A stretch of DNA of 64,000 nt from Candidatus Poribacteria bacterium. Lineage in GTDB: Bacteria; Poribacteria; WGA-4E; PCPOR2b. The DNA is taken from NCBI GenBank assembly GCA_965215015.1, contig OZ244042.1, positions 5,024,001-5,088,000 of the forward strand, in the 5' to 3' direction. Below, in pieces: positions 40,905 to 49,940 of this stretch. The notes below the pieces were generated by a model. The model saw only the letters and a program-made list of their open reading frames with translations, made no database searches and was not told the origin of the DNA. The position numbers and the translations under genes were made by a program. Position 1 is the first letter of the stretch; every line of letters starts with the position of its first letter.

Positions 40905-42243
40905 ACAATTGAAAACAACAACTCCTGAACCAGCGACAACACGGACTGACTCAAAGGAGACGGAGGTCGGAAGTGTTTTTGTTTCAAACTATCCACCCTA
41001 TTCATTTTGGGGAAAAGAATATGTGCGGGAAGCAATAAACGCATTGAATTCACCACCAACCCCGGAAACCTCTTTAGGGCTTTATCTGCATATCCCGTTC
41101 TGCCGTAAACGGTGTAAGTTCTGTTACTTCCGAGTTTACACAGATAAAAATAGCTCCGATATCCAAACCTATCTTGATGTGTTGGGGAAAGAGGTTGAGC
41201 TTTACTCCGAACTTCCATCTGTGGCGGATCGGCCCCTGAAATTCGTTTACTTCGGCGGCGGTACGCCTTCCTACATTAGCAGCAACCACTTAAAAGCACT
41301 GGTCAAACGGATTAAAGCGATAATGCCTTGGGATAGTGCCGAGGAGGTAGCTTTTGAATGTGAACCGGGGACGCTGACACAAGGCAAGTTGGAAGCAATT
41401 AAAGGGATTGGCGTCACCCGGTTGAGCCTCGGCGTTGAAAATCTCAATGACACCATCTTGGCGGAAAATGGACGAGCCCACCTTTCCAAAGAGGTATATC
41501 GGGTGATGCCCTGGATTGCCGCCCTCGAATTTCATCAGGTAAATATAGATCTCATCGCGGGGATGGTAGGGGAAACGTGGGATAGTTGGAGGGATACCGT
41601 CCAGAGAACTATAGACCTGAATCCTGACAGCATCACCGTTTATCAGATGGAATTGCCGTTCAACACCGTTTACTCAAAGGATCTTTTTGGAGGCAAAAAT
41701 CTATTTGTAGCGGATTGGAAAACGAAACGGGAATGGCACCACTATGCGTTTGAGCAATTGGCAGCCGCCGGATATAAGATGTCTAGCGCGTACACAATGG
41801 TAAAAGAGGATAAGCCGGGGAAGTTCGTTTATCGGGACGCGGTCTGGCGCGGCTGCGACATGCTGGGCACAGGCGTTGCTTCTTTCTCTCATATGAGTGG
41901 CGTCCATTTCCAAAATGCACCAAGTTGGGACAACTATGTTAATTCGCTTCATAAAAATCAGTTGCCGCTGGACCGTGCGTTCCCCACCACGCCGGAGGAA
42001 CGTCTGACCCGAGAGATGATACTACAATTAAAGCTGGGCAAAATAGAGACAATCCATTTCCGCGAGAAATTTAATGCCGATATTTTAGAGGCGTTTGGGC
42101 CAACTTACCTGAGACTACAAGATGAGGGGATGCTGACCTTCGACAAAGATACGGTAACGTTGACGCGGAAGGGATTGCTTCGGGTAGATGGGCTGTTGCC
42201 GGAGTTCTACGCTCCCAAATATCAGAATGCGCGGTATACGTAA
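40897..42243 (+). CDS. HemN-like (class C) radical SAM enzyme
   Basis: LYLHIPFCRKRCKFC, FGGGTPS, RLSLGV, NIDLIAG; atypical N-terminus VGSVFVSNYPPY. Confidence 0.9.
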   Translation: MTEQLKTTTPEPATTRTDSKETEVGSVFVSNYPPYSFWGKEYVREAINALNSPPTPETSLGLYLHIPFCRKRCKFCYFRVYTDKNSSDIQTYLDVLGKEVELYSELPSVADRPLKFVYFGGGTPSYISSNHLKALVKRIKAIMPWDSAEEVAFECEPGTLTQGKLEAIKGIGVTRLSLGVENLNDTILAENGRAHLSKEVYRVMPWIAALEFHQVNIDLIAGMVGETWDSWRDTVQRTIDLNPDSITVYQMELPFNTVYSKDLFGGKNLFVADWKTKREWHHYAFEQLAAAGYKMSSAYTMVKEDKPGKFVYRDAVWRGCDMLGTGVASFSHMSGVHFQNAPSWDNYVNSLHKNQLPLDRAFPTTPEERLTREMILQLKLGKIETIHFREKFNADILEAFGPTYLRLQDEGMLTFDKDTVTLTRKGLLRVDGLLPEFYAPKYQNARYT

Positions 42244-42273
42244 GGATGGGTTTCCAACCTTCAATCTCCCGAG

Positions 42274-42948
42274 TTAAGAGACAGATATAACCTCTGGAGC
42301 AATACCTAAGAGCCAGATAATTATTGCCCCAAAACATGCCTTGGTCCTATCTGTACCGGCGAAAACACGGATGGCTATCGTCAGTACAGCGAGATACCAT
42401 AAGCTCAAAGGATTAAAGTGACTCAGAAACGTCAGCAACTTGACGCTTTCACTTGAACCCAACAGCAGATGCAACCCCGGAATTATTTTCATATCTGCTG
42501 CGCTCTTGATAGCTTCAACATCCCTAAAAACGACTAGCAATGCTGTATTAACTAGGGCTATCAGGAAGCTGATCAACGAGGTATGTACAACGGCTGAGTA
42601 GATGTGTCTAAATGTTATCGCACCATTTATCCCGAAAAGACGTGCTGCCAAGGTCAGTATCGCGCTTATAACGAGGAGCCAAATAATCGGTGCCACAAGC
42701 GAACTAATAAGAACAACTATTTGGCTAATTTTTAGTGAGATTTCAATTTGCTCAGAGGGCACTCCTCCCTCTGTCATTTGTTGGTGTATAAGCTGTTCGG
42801 TAAAGGGTAACATAGCCCACCCAACCCCAACAGCAAACAGACAAAGGATAATCATTGCCAATCCCCACTTCGGCCCCGATTTGAGGCGTGCAAACGCGGC
42901 ACTCGGTTCAGCGAGAATATCCACGATATTTTGCCAGCTGTCTTTCAT
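42274..42948 (-). CDS. Yip1-family membrane protein
   Basis: DILAEPSAAF.RL, about 5 TM segments, NPLSLWYL. Confidence 0.75.
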   Translation of the reverse strand: MKDSWQNIVDILAEPSAAFARLKSGPKWGLAMIILCLFAVGVGWAMLPFTEQLIHQQMTEGGVPSEQIEISLKISQIVVLISSLVAPIIWLLVISAILTLAARLFGINGAITFRHIYSAVVHTSLISFLIALVNTALLVVFRDVEAIKSAADMKIIPGLHLLLGSSESVKLLTFLSHFNPLSLWYLAVLTIAIRVFAGTDRTKACFGAIIIWLLGIAPEVISVS

Positions 42949-42959
42949 AATTTCCCCCT

Positions 42960-43178
42960 TTATTCGGTTTGGACCTCCGCGCGTGGCGTTCGAGAATCGC
43001 TACCATAGGAGACTCTTATTAAGGGAGGCCGCATGATTTCAGATATCATAACAGATTCTGCAACAGAAGGTAAGAATTTTCGTCGTCTGCTTACAACAAA
43101 ACCTAAGTGGTTGCAATACCATTTGATTGATTGATCGAGATTGCTCACTCTAACGCGCGTGTGTAAAAAGATAGCCAT
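42960..43178 (-). pseudogene. Truncated lactoylglutathione lyase (VOC family) N-terminus
   Basis: FLHTRVRVSNLDQSIKWY..HLGF is a GloA start; similarity is lost after ~33 codons. Confidence 0.6.
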
Positions 43179-43212
43179 TCTAATTCCCTTTCTGCGTTTG
43201 GGGCGTCAAAAA

Positions 43213-43558
43213 AGACGGACCCCCCTCAGTCCCCCCGCAAGCAGGGGGAAGGGGAGCGGAAAAAAAAGAAAACGAGAGAACAGGCTTCCCGTCTTTCCGC
43301 GCGTCAGGGAAGGTTCCGGTGCAGTAAACATTCCCTTTAGAGGGTAACGGCATCGGGACTGGTGTCCACTCCCCCTCCTGGCGGGGGGGCGATTTTATGT
43401 TAAATTCAGAGAAAAGCTCCTATCCACTCATTGGGTTCTGGTATTCTATAAGACGGCCCCCCCTCAGTCCCCCCGCAAGCAGGGGGAGGGGGAACGGAAA
43501 AAAAAGAAAACGAGAGAACAGGCTTCCCGTCTTTCCGCGCGTCAGGGAAGGTTCCGGT
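43213..43558. repeat. Two ~108-bp direct repeats (43213-43320, 43451-43558) with a CCCCCGCAAGCAGGGGG hairpin
   Basis: Near-identical sequence 238 bp apart; related C/G-tract hairpins near 24181 and 33995. Confidence 0.9.
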
Positions 43559-43605
43559 TTCGTTCGCAATTTCCGTATGGCTAAAGTGAAACAAGCCGAT
43601 CTGGT

Positions 43606-46600
43606 TTATTTCAGTATCAACATCCGCCGTGTCTCTGTGAATGTGCCTGCTGTCAGTGTGTAAAAATAGAGCCCACTGGCGACAGACTCACCCAGCTGAT
43701 TCCGTCCGTCCCAATATACCGCACGGTTTTGACTCTGATATATACCTGCGCCTCGATGTCCCACGGCTAAACGGCGCACTACCTCCCCGTTCATATCATA
43801 GATGGTCAGCGTGACTTCTGCCGATTCTGCTAATTGATACGGTATCCATGTCTCCGGGTTAAACGGATTCGGATAGTTTGCCAATAATGCAGTCTCTTCA
43901 GGAATCAACGCGGCTAACAGGTTTTGGAGATTTGCGATACCCTGTTTGAAGGCAAGCGACCCGTCATCTGCCACCTGTGCCTGTGCAATCCATGCCGCTA
44001 TGGTCTCAGGATTTACCCCCAGTGAGGAAGGTGCCGGGGCGGCAGGTGCTGTGGTGTTCCCGATCCCCTGCGCGATGCCGATAAGGTCAAGGATGCTGAC
44101 AACACCATCTCGGTTGACATCTACCGGTGAGTTGGGGGCCACCTTTTTCCCCAATTGCTGTGCGACGAGAATGAGATCCAAAATACTGACAACGCCATCT
44201 CGATTCACGTCCCCGGTCGCCAGGCGTCCCTCGACAGCGATGCGAATTTGACGCGGTCCTGCAGGAATAGTATCGCCGGTGATGGAGCCGAACTGGAAAT
44301 TCTGCAGCACCAACTCGGTTTCACCGGCAGATTTCGCCCTGAACCTGACCTGCAGCAGGGTGCCGGTGCCATTTACACCTTGGGCAGCCAATCGCGCCGC
44401 ACTGAGCCCTGAGATTTTACCTGCCGCGTTATCGATGCTCTTCCCCTGAAAGAAGGTGGAGCCCCCGTCTACCTTCAGGAAATCGCCTTCGTTCACGTCA
44501 ATGGCTTCGAGGGCAGCCGGGTCAAAGGCAATATCGAACTGCCAGCCTGCCAAGTCGGAGACGGTTTCGGCGCGAAGATCAAGGGTAAAGGTATCACCTG
44601 TATGAATGGGTGTCTTGGAAAAAGCGTATCCGACACCGGGGTTTGCCACTGTATATTCGGTGCCGGGTTCAAACCCGAAAAAGGCATTATACTGGGCTCT
44701 AACGGCTACCAATAGCACATTTCTTCCCTGCTTCAGTGTGACCGGCAGAGAATCCGTGTAACCGAAACTCGCATGGTAACGGAGAGACTCGTAAATCAGA
44801 GTCCCGTTGAGCCAGACCTTAAAGTCGTTATGACTGCCAACGTATAGTGTTGTGTCCTGTTGTCGTGGTGAATGCAAGGACACCGTGCCGTAGAGGCTGG
44901 CACCATCGATGTGGCCGTCAAGCATTTGGCGAACATTAGCCCAACCCGTAGGCGGGAGTGTGCGGTAGGTCCACACATCATCGCCTACAGAACTTCCCAC
45001 GGTTGCCCCATGGGTAGCAATCTCCGTCTCTGTTACCGCCCCGCCGCTCACTTCTGACAGTAAGTCCTTACTGCTACTCGGTCTTGTTTCCGGTAATACA
45101 ACCCATAACCACGGCCCCTCGATTGACGGTCCCACTTTTGGGAATCCGGGATTGTCATGCCAAACGAACGTCGTTATATTCTCGCCGAATCCCTGCAGCG
45201 GAGAAATGTCAGAAATCTCGTTGTCATGGATCACTAGCCATTTCAAGTTGGTTGCCCCTGCAAGGGGGGATATATCCGATATATTGTTGTTCGCGAGATT
45301 CATACGAGTTAGCTGTGTTAACCCTGCAAGGGGGGAGAGATTCGATATGTCGTTGTCCCGAAAATGCAGTTCCTTCAAGCCGGTTAGGCCTGCTAAAGGC
45401 GTGAGATCTGATATCTTTCCGCCGTGCATAGTTATCACCTCCAGTTTTGTTAAGCCCGCCAAGGGCGATAAATCGGATATAGAGCTGCCCCAACCACCAC
45501 TAATGCGTTTGAGGTTGATTAATCCTGAAACCGGCGACAGGTCGGAGATATTATCACTTCCCAAATGTAACACCTCCAGATTGATTAATCCGGCAATTGG
45601 CAATAGGTTAGATACCAAAGTGTGTTGAAACGTAAGGAGAGTGAGATTTGTTAAGTTCCTCACAGGAGATATATCGGATACCGAAGTGTGATGAAACTCA
45701 AGGTAAGTGAGATTGGTTAAGTTCCTCACGGGAGATATATCGGATACCAAAGTGTGCTGAAACTCAAGGTGAGTGAGATTGGTTAAGTTCCTCACAGGCG
45801 ATATATCGGATACCGAAGTATGATAAAACACAAGGCGAGTGAGATTTGTTAGGCCTCTCACAGGCGATATATCGGACAAGAGGTTGTCGTGAATCCGGAG
45901 ATCGCGCAGTTCGATCAAGCCCGCTAGCGGTGAGAGGTCGGAGACCTGATTGTCGTTAATATTTAACCGTGTCAGATTGGTCGCAAACTGCAGCCCTGTC
46001 AAATCACGGATGCCCCTGTTCGGCACATCGAGTCTTCCTAACCTTGCCATATCCTCGGCAGTAATCGGAGTATTGGGGCTCTTGTCCAGTGCCTCCGCTA
46101 TTGCCGCACGCAGGTTTGGGTCCGGGATAGACACAACCGTACCCGGTATCCCTACCGGCGGTGTTATCGCCGTGGGAGGGGTGAAACGCTCCGGGAAATC
46201 CAACGCAAAAACTATATCCCGAAAACTCGATGTCCATGTGTCCCGTTTCATACTTCCATTCTCACTGTCTAACACCAGCAAACCGATGTCCTGTAGCCCT
46301 ATATTCTCACGTATCTTTTCCAAGAACGCCCCCGGCTCTAACCCAACCGCGGCTGCGGCGTGTGCTGTGTCTACCTCCTCCTGAAATGCCTCGTGGAAAC
46401 GGGCAATCGGTTCTATATCATCAAACGCACCGCCCGTCGCTTCAAGGGCACCCCTGTACCGGTTCATATCTTCACTTATGAGCGCGTCCAGCTCTGATTT
46501 TGCCACGTAGAGCCGCAACGCCTGCGCTTTGTCATAAGTGGGGGCGGCATTACTCGCTATCACCGAACGGACTTGGTCCTCAAAGGGCTTCATACCCTCT

Positions 46601-47871
46601 GTGTGGCAACCGAAACAGGATAAACCATTCCGCACCGTCGGATCACTCGCTGCGGGATTAGAAACAATGTTTATCGGTGCCTCATTTAGGCGGAAACCGG
46701 CCCCATTGGCAAGGTAGTATCCCTGTAACCCGTTGGGTAGGTTGAAGATAACCTCACCACCATCGTGGGTGAATGACAGGGGGTGGGTGAAGATGTTCTG
46801 TGTACCCACACTCCCCGCAAAGTCGTAACTTTTCCAATAGGCACCATAGCGAGAGGTGTGGCGTTCTATCACTCGGTTGTGATTGGAGACACCCGAATTG
46901 TTGGTGCCTGCCCGCCAGACACGCACCCCCGGTGCATTTTGGAGGTTACGGACAACATCGACTTCCAATCGGGTCTCTAACTCTCTATCTGTTAATGGGA
47001 GAGAGAGTAAATCATGGTAGAGTGGAGGTAAAGAGGCTTGTGCTATAAACCAGTCGACATGAACCGATGGTATATCAGATTTCATCTCCGTCTGTAACCG
47101 GGTGAGTTGGGCCCGTAGTGCGGTCTGTGTCGGTGCATCAAACCCGATGTGATAGGGATATGCTGCTTCTATCTGCCCCCACCCATCATTGCGATCCCAC
47201 TCGTAGTGTCGCAGGTCAATGTAGAGGATGGTGCCTTGGCGGTCAATGGGTTGTGGGTTGGTGACGGTACTCCCCCATGAGAGGCTATTGACCAGTTTGG
47301 AGAGTCCGTTACGATAGCCGTCAAGAGCGCGCGTTGTCTCACCTGCGTTATAGAGGTGTGTCATTGTGAAGTACCGGGCAAAGGCACGGTCAAACGGTGC
47401 AAGCGACATGACGTGAGTCTCGATGGTATTGAGTATTTCACCGGGGGAGATAAAGCGTCTATCGGCTGCGGGGATTGCCGCCCAATCGGGTGCGCCAGCG
47501 AATATCCAGTTTCGGATGGTGGCAATCGCTTGAGTGGATAGCCGGGGTTGTCCAAGGGGCATCCGTTTGGCTATCTCAGTCGTCAGGAGCCGGTTATACA
47601 GTTCGGAGGCATTGGGGTTTCCGGGGACCACTGTCCCGTTTTCGATGAGTGAGTTGTGTTCCATTAGGAGTGTCTCTCGATAGGCACCGTCGGGTCCGTG
47701 GCAGATGAGGCAGCTCTGTTGAAAAATAGCGTAGGCATCTTGGGCAATCTGTTGTTGGGGGTATACATTTTGATAACCTACGATGCACATCAATAGACTA
47801 ATAAGTGTGATACGGTGCTGCCGTTGTTTGCAAATTCCGATCAAATAGGAAATGAAATGACGCTTAAACAT
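43606..47871 (-). CDS. Secreted multidomain protein: c-type cytochrome (2 CxxCH), internalin-like LRRs, cohesin, dockerin and FlgD-Ig/T9SS-like C-terminal domain
   Basis: CLICH, CFGCH; IPDPNLRAAI cap plus 22-aa LRRs; LAGWQFDIAFDP cohesin; GDVNRDGVVSILDL twice; NYPNPFNPETWIPYQL...SGLYFY. Confidence 0.88.
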   Translation of the reverse strand: MFKRHFISYLIGICKQRQHRITLISLLMCIVGYQNVYPQQQIAQDAYAIFQQSCLICHGPDGAYRETLLMEHNSLIENGTVVPGNPNASELYNRLLTTEIAKRMPLGQPRLSTQAIATIRNWIFAGAPDWAAIPAADRRFISPGEILNTIETHVMSLAPFDRAFARYFTMTHLYNAGETTRALDGYRNGLSKLVNSLSWGSTVTNPQPIDRQGTILYIDLRHYEWDRNDGWGQIEAAYPYHIGFDAPTQTALRAQLTRLQTEMKSDIPSVHVDWFIAQASLPPLYHDLLSLPLTDRELETRLEVDVVRNLQNAPGVRVWRAGTNNSGVSNHNRVIERHTSRYGAYWKSYDFAGSVGTQNIFTHPLSFTHDGGEVIFNLPNGLQGYYLANGAGFRLNEAPINIVSNPAASDPTVRNGLSCFGCHTEGMKPFEDQVRSVIASNAAPTYDKAQALRLYVAKSELDALISEDMNRYRGALEATGGAFDDIEPIARFHEAFQEEVDTAHAAAAVGLEPGAFLEKIRENIGLQDIGLLVLDSENGSMKRDTWTSSFRDIVFALDFPERFTPPTAITPPVGIPGTVVSIPDPNLRAAIAEALDKSPNTPITAEDMARLGRLDVPNRGIRDLTGLQFATNLTRLNINDNQVSDLSPLAGLIELRDLRIHDNLLSDISPVRGLTNLTRLVFYHTSVSDISPVRNLTNLTHLEFQHTLVSDISPVRNLTNLTYLEFHHTSVSDISPVRNLTNLTLLTFQHTLVSNLLPIAGLINLEVLHLGSDNISDLSPVSGLINLKRISGGWGSSISDLSPLAGLTKLEVITMHGGKISDLTPLAGLTGLKELHFRDNDISNLSPLAGLTQLTRMNLANNNISDISPLAGATNLKWLVIHDNEISDISPLQGFGENITTFVWHDNPGFPKVGPSIEGPWLWVVLPETRPSSSKDLLSEVSGGAVTETEIATHGATVGSSVGDDVWTYRTLPPTGWANVRQMLDGHIDGASLYGTVSLHSPRQQDTTLYVGSHNDFKVWLNGTLIYESLRYHASFGYTDSLPVTLKQGRNVLLVAVRAQYNAFFGFEPGTEYTVANPGVGYAFSKTPIHTGDTFTLDLRAETVSDLAGWQFDIAFDPAALEAIDVNEGDFLKVDGGSTFFQGKSIDNAAGKISGLSAARLAAQGVNGTGTLLQVRFRAKSAGETELVLQNFQFGSITGDTIPAGPRQIRIAVEGRLATGDVNRDGVVSILDLILVAQQLGKKVAPNSPVDVNRDGVVSILDLIGIAQGIGNTTAPAAPAPSSLGVNPETIAAWIAQAQVADDGSLAFKQGIANLQNLLAALIPEETALLANYPNPFNPETWIPYQLAESAEVTLTIYDMNGEVVRRLAVGHRGAGIYQSQNRAVYWDGRNQLGESVASGLYFYTLTAGTFTETRRMLILK

Positions 47872-47924
47872 AGGGAGTGTCTCCTTATAGATAGTTTTTC
47901 TGAGGCCTTTGCTGGGTATCAGCT

Positions 47925-48794
47925 TCACTTACCCCCATTTTTTTGAGAGTTGTAATGTTGGTTGTTTTTGAGAGTTTTAGATATGAGAAAGGGTTGTCAG
48001 ATATGGTAAAATACCTCCCTGTCTAAAACCTATCTAAAATAACCATTGTTTTAAACAAGGAGGTATTATGAAAGGCACCCACCGCCATAAGCCGGTGAAT
48101 CCCAGTTCTATGATAACCACTCTGACCGAGATTGTCAACCCCGTATTGAAAAGACCGGCGTTAAAAAACCTGATACTCAACAGATTCCGTTTGTCATCCG
48201 GGTGTGTCGTAACGCGCGTATGACCGTCTGGGGAACTGTTAAAAAGGCAGAACAGTTGCAGGCAACGGGCTTCTATCCACAGATTCTCTATCACTTAACC
48301 GAGCAGATTCGACTCAACCTGTATGTCGTCAGAGAGGCGCGGTTTGCTGAACCGATGCATCTGATTTCAAGTCATCTGACGGGGTGTCAAATACACCACT
48401 ATTATAAGCGAAGAATGCAGATTGAACACGGCTTTCGGGACATCAAGACCGGCTTTGGCTTTGGCAGCTTGAGACTCAAAAAACCGTCAAAAGCCCGCAT
48501 CAACCTGTTATGGCTCTTAGCTTGTCTCAGTTATGGCTTACTGTTTATCACTTATCAAAAGTCAGGAGACCGATGGGCAAAAGCATTCAACACACGGACA
48601 AAAATCTACTCACTGATTACGGTCATAAAGCGAGTGGCTGCTGAGGCATGGCGCGGGTGGTGTCTCAATCCCTGGTTCACACTCCCACTGTGCAGGGGAG
48701 ATACATACAAACACACTTAATGACAACTATTCTCACTATCCTAACTCATAAAAATACATCAAATCTATACACAAAAAAAAATGGGGGTAAATGA
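47925..48794 (+). mobile_element. IS4-family element, internally deleted, with 20-bp TIRs
   Basis: TIRs TCA(C/T)TTACCCCCATTTTTTT at both ends; transposase start at 48068 (AAGGAGG RBS) is out of frame with the C-terminal part carrying YYKRRMQIEHGFRDIK (YREK motif). Confidence 0.8.
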
Positions 48795-48847
48795 GAAGAA
48801 TTTTCTGATAGCGCGGCTACACCTATGACTGATCCAACAAAATGCAG

Positions 48848-48876
48848 TTGTCTTTCTTTGGGCACCATGCCATAAT
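48848..48876 (+). promoter_or_regulatory. Sigma70-type promoter, near-leaderless DUF488 operon
   Basis: TTGTCT-17 bp-CATAAT with an extended TG, 11 nt before the ATG; no SD sequence. Confidence 0.45.
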
Positions 48877-48887
48877 ATCGACTCATC

Positions 48888-49445
48888 ATGGAAAAATTAC
48901 AAAATCCCATCCCTATTTACACCATCGGCTACGGCAGCCGTTCGATCGAACAGTTTATCGAAGTGCTACAACAGCATAAAATTGCCTACCTTATTGACGT
49001 GCGTTCAACTCCCTATTCTCGCTACAAACCTGAATTTTCCAGAGAGGCACTAGCGGCGGAGCTACAACGACACCGGATTCGGTATGTGTTCATGGGAGCC
49101 ACACTGGGCGGGCAGCCCGATAACGAAGATTGTTATGATGAGAACGGACAGGTAGACTACCAAAAAGTGAAGGATACCAAAAACTACCAGAGGGGGATTG
49201 AACGTCTCCAAACGGCTTTTGATCAGCAACAATGCGTGGCTCTCATGTGTAGCGAGGGCAAGCCGGAGCAGTGTCATCGGAGCAAACTCATCGGAGCATC
49301 GCTCGATGAACAGGACATCTCCTTGATTCACATTGACGAAAACGATGAACAGCAGACACAGGAGAAAGTCATTGACAGACTAACGGGAGGACAACTGCGG
49401 CTGTTTGGTGAAGACACATTCCACTCGCGCAAGCAGTACCGGTAA
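48888..49445 (+). CDS. DUF488 family protein
   Basis: IYTIGY, LIDVRS.PYS, LGG, ALMCSE..PEQCHR. Confidence 0.92.
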   Translation: MEKLQNPIPIYTIGYGSRSIEQFIEVLQQHKIAYLIDVRSTPYSRYKPEFSREALAAELQRHRIRYVFMGATLGGQPDNEDCYDENGQVDYQKVKDTKNYQRGIERLQTAFDQQQCVALMCSEGKPEQCHRSKLIGASLDEQDISLIHIDENDEQQTQEKVIDRLTGGQLRLFGEDTFHSRKQYR

Positions 49446-49451
49446 TTTGCC

Positions 49452-49940
49452 ATGAAACCTAAAATTGTCACCATCGGCGTATACGGGTTTGATGAAGATA
49501 GTTTCTTTGCCGCTTTATGCAAGGCAAAGGTGGATACCTTCTGTGATATTCGCAACCGGCGGGGTGTGCGGGGTTCAACCTATGCGTTCGCTAACAGCCT
49601 GCGTTTGCAAGGACGGCTCGCAGAACTCGGTATCCGCTACATCTATCGCAAGGACCTCGCACCCACCAAAGCGGTTCGGGATAGGCAAGCGGCAGCGGAT
49701 AAAGCGACGAAAACCGCCAAACGCAAACGCACAGCATTAGGAGAGGCGTTTATTACGGCGTACCACACCGAATGCCTCGCAATGTTTGACTCACACAATC
49801 TACTAGAAGACCTTGAAGAGGGCACACAGGTTGTAGCTCTCTTTTGTGTTGAAAAAGATCCCGAGGCGTGCCACCGCTCGCTGGTAGCAGATAAACTAGC
49901 AAAAGAACTGAAACTGGAAGTGGAGAATATTGTGCCATGA
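49452..49940 (+). CDS. DUF488 family protein (second subtype)
   Basis: IVTIG, CDIR, LAPT, LFCVE.DPEACHRSLVA. Confidence 0.9.
   Translation: MKPKIVTIGVYGFDEDSFFAALCKAKVDTFCDIRNRRGVRGSTYAFANSLRLQGRLAELGIRYIYRKDLAPTKAVRDRQAAADKATKTAKRKRTALGEAFITAYHTECLAMFDSHNLLEDLEEGTQVVALFCVEKDPEACHRSLVADKLAKELKLEVENIVP

Noticed and set aside
37863-42243. Mycofactocin- or PQQ-type RiPP cofactor cluster (creatininase + radical SAM + ADH)
   Set aside because: The radical SAM enzyme is HemN-like with no SPASM domain, and no precursor peptide or PqqD/MftB chaperone is seen.
40897-42243. Assigning gene symbol hemN/hemW
   Set aside because: Atypical N-terminus and non-haem gene context; function is uncertain.
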